NCBI GenBank assembly: GCA_002633005.1
Contig: NMRA01000315.1
Location: 405,806-469,805, forward strand
Direction of reading: 5' to 3'
From: Phoronis australis
Taxonomy: Eukaryota; Animalia; Phoronida
Length of the DNA: 64,000 nt
Notes under the pieces: model-generated
What the model was told of the DNA's origin: nothing
What the model saw: only the letters and a program-made list of their open reading frames with translations
The model's database searches: none
Program-made: the position numbers and the translations under genes
Shown: piece by piece, positions 63,301 to 64,000 of the stretch
Numbering within the stretch: position 1 is the first letter of the stretch
Layout of the letters: every line of letters starts with the position of its first letter

Positions 63301-63861
63301 GTTTTGTTTATTTTTAGATACATGTAATTCGCGTAGGCTATGACAAAAAAACGACAATGGAAAAAATAAATCGTGAATTTCCGAACCTGCGCCGTGGAGC
63401 ACTACACACAAACTGAAAAAATCTACACACAATGATAAACGCACCAAACACATTCATCGTCGAAACTTTGCATAGCTGTTATGGGGATAAAATGAAAGTG
63501 GATAATTTCTTTGATCACATTCTCTCACGAAAAGTTTTAATCTGACCTCCGAGACTGCGCTGCGTGGAGTTTTTACATTTTTCCAACAGTGCCTTTATTC
63601 AGGGGGTTAGATTACTAGTACACAATGTCGAGAATACAAAATGAAACATTAAAATTTCGTCCAGTTTCATTAAGTAAATGTTTGTGGTTTGTAATTGCAG
63701 GCAATTTTTGTTACCTGCACTGGTAGTCAAAGTTTGCGTTAAAATAATTGTGTACATTGTATACTGGTTTTGGATCAATGTAGAACGAAAACTATGCACT
63801 TACACCAACGACCTTCAGTAGTTCCCAACAAGCATATAACTGTGAGAGCTGTAAAATACAT
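42094..63861 (-). CDS. Type-I cell-surface receptor: signal peptide, 7 Ig-like (C2/CD80-nephrin-like) domains, TSP1, TM, long cytoplasmic tail ending in recycled Ig exons; about 1320-1390 aa
   Basis: Series of phase 1-1 exons of 309-345 nt, each starting xGP, mostly with a C..TD..P....W strand and a second Cys; then a WSPW/CSVTC TSP1 exon and a TM exon. All join in frame. Confidence 0.87.
43776..45224 (-). CDS. TM plus cytoplasmic tail exon, including an in-frame degenerate copy of Ig exon 6 (stops at 43753 if unspliced)
   Basis: ttttag acceptor in phase 1; TM LYGLMLTLCIIFGLVIYVWFM; 1.45-kb open frame ending ITIG|gtaaga. Confidence 0.87.
45430..45624 (-). CDS. Thrombospondin type-1 repeat exon (IDGNWSPWKPSGKCSVTCSTGVQLAKRACTNPPPSRGGLPCMG)
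   Basis: ctttag acceptor, T|gtatgt donor; canonical TSP1 consensus. Confidence 0.92.
45824..46090 (+). mobile_element. piggyBac (PGBD2/3-like) transposase N-terminal relic
   Basis: TTAA|CC at 45824; acceptor then MTVNEAISMLEEE, frameshift, ADIFPELPSAEFTDDDSGGEGFGGRTIDNL, resembling the PGBD3 IxPP..SDEESGDEEGGTINNL region. Confidence 0.6.
47308..47652 (-). CDS. Ig exon 7 (GPGSVIL..IRCHVG..VQWLTN..FECLAV)
   Basis: ttatag acceptor, gtaagt donor, 345 nt. Confidence 0.88.
48718..49035 (-). CDS. Ig exon 6 (type B: GPMKVEF..YSEVSCSTDLVYPG..IKCVAVN)
   Basis: ttttag acceptor, gtaaga donor, 318 nt. Confidence 0.9.
49821..50222 (+). repeat. Half-copy of the 949-1570 palindromic family
   Basis: Shares CAGCAATTGCCGT, CATGGTTTGTTGAAC, GCTGAAGTGAAGCACCCGT and GAAGCTGAGGACGCC in the same order. 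Confidence 0.7.
50251..50833. mobile_element. Non-autonomous P/Galileo-like element
   Basis: CATAG...CTATG termini, ~30-bp imperfect TIR, imperfect 7-bp flanks gtgccaa/gtgtcac. Confidence 0.6.
51582..51893 (-). CDS. Ig exon 5 (type A: GPTRLTF..TYTVLCVTDEVFPAAVIHW..WHCVAKN)
   Basis: tcacag acceptor, gtaagt donor, 312 nt. Confidence 0.9.
52100..53556 (-). mobile_element. Kolobok-type element with ~160-bp TIRs and a THAP-domain ORF start (53291-53144)
   Basis: TTAA TSD; near-perfect long TIR starting AGGCGAAGGCAAC; MPHRCCVPGCTN..LHRFPMDDTLRRTW is a THAP C2CH N-terminus; the rest is in the gap. Confidence 0.88.
55117..56261. mobile_element. Element with ~80-bp inverted repeats, enclosing a probable nested Kolobok-type MITE (55388-56013)
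   Basis: 55117-55197 is the near reverse complement of 56178-56261; inner termini TTAA|AGGACCT ... AGGTCCT|TGAA. Confidence 0.65.
57361..57605. mobile_element. hAT-like MITE with a 5-bp TSD (GTGTA)
   Basis: CAGGGGCGGAT ... ATCCGCCACTG termini, with gtgta on both flanks; a related left end occurs near 6659. Confidence 0.65.
57900..58674 (-). pseudogene. Degenerate spliced THAP-domain gene relic (transposon-derived)
   Basis: Exon 58674-58554 reads HKFPKDLRLLQAWTKSVWIPKPHCVI*; the exon from 57999 reads RKRLKAAA*PSVL (AVPTIF-box-like); in-frame stops. Confidence 0.55.
59170..59502 (-). CDS. Ig exon 4 (type B: GPTQLTV..KDGDNL..LVCQTDPVYPDVDINW..VTCTANN)
   Basis: ctttaaag acceptor, gtaagc donor, 333-nt open frame (absent from the ORF track). 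Confidence 0.88.
59853..60161 (-). CDS. Ig exon 3 (type A: GPNKLIF..TYTVICKTDESFPSA..LYCTASN)
   Basis: ttgcag acceptor, gtgagt donor, 309 nt. Confidence 0.9.
61003..61314 (-). CDS. Ig exon 2 (type B: GPTELT..KDGATV..LTCATDPVYPNVNLKW..VRCIGEN)
   Basis: ttacag acceptor, gtaagt donor, 312 nt. Confidence 0.9.
61493..61804 (-). CDS. Ig exon 1 (type A: GPTSLTF..TYKVVCHTDDVYPGAVVDW..INCLAFN)
   Basis: ttgtag acceptor, gtaagt donor, 312 nt. Confidence 0.9.
63804..63861 (-). CDS. Ig/TSP1 receptor signal-peptide exon (MYFTALTVICLLGTTEGRW)
   Basis: ATG at 63861, T|gtaagt donor in phase 1, compatible with Ig exon 1. Confidence 0.65.
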
Positions 63862-64000
63862 GGTTACGATGACATACAATTCCTGGAAATTTTGATATGT
63901 ACTACTGGAAGTAAAGCAATATAAACAAATTATTGTTAATAAGTGAAGATTGGTAGATGTATCTGTACTGCAAAGTTAGAATTTAAGATGTATGAATCAG

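Noticed and set aside
63715-63760. Alternative leader exon MYTIILTQTLTTSA|gtaaca for the receptor
   Set aside because: A poorer signal peptide and donor than 63861-63804; it cannot be excluded without transcripts.

Overview
AT-rich, intron-containing animal (probably invertebrate) genomic DNA with three large assembly gaps. Three spliced genes can be rebuilt from splice sites and exon phases. (1) ANKZF1/Vms1 on +, 15 coding exons at 5517-22815, about 843 aa, with one GC-AG intron required by phase. (2) A small single-pass PPxY-rich membrane protein (WBP1/VOPP1/CYYR1/Shisa-like) on -, 33396-26464, about 184 aa, with a 24-nt micro-exon and a two-cysteine ectodomain. (3) A type-I receptor on -, 63861 to about 42094: signal peptide, 7 Ig-like exons in an A-B-A-B-A-B-C pattern, TSP1, TM and a long tail. 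The most unusual feature is at the 3' end of gene 3. A degenerate duplicate of its Ig6-Ig7-TSP1 exons lies downstream of the TM exon, and the Ig6 copy is fused in frame to the cytoplasmic tail, where it has lost a core Cys and carries an ITIM-like motif. Non-coding DNA is rich in DNA-transposon relics: TTAA-flanked Kolobok-type elements with THAP and probable KolX remnants, a P/Galileo-like element plus a 28-bp putative excision footprint, a PGBD2/3-like piggyBac relic, MITEs/foldbacks, a tRNA-derived SINE head and minisatellites. All calls come from manual reading; no database searches were run.
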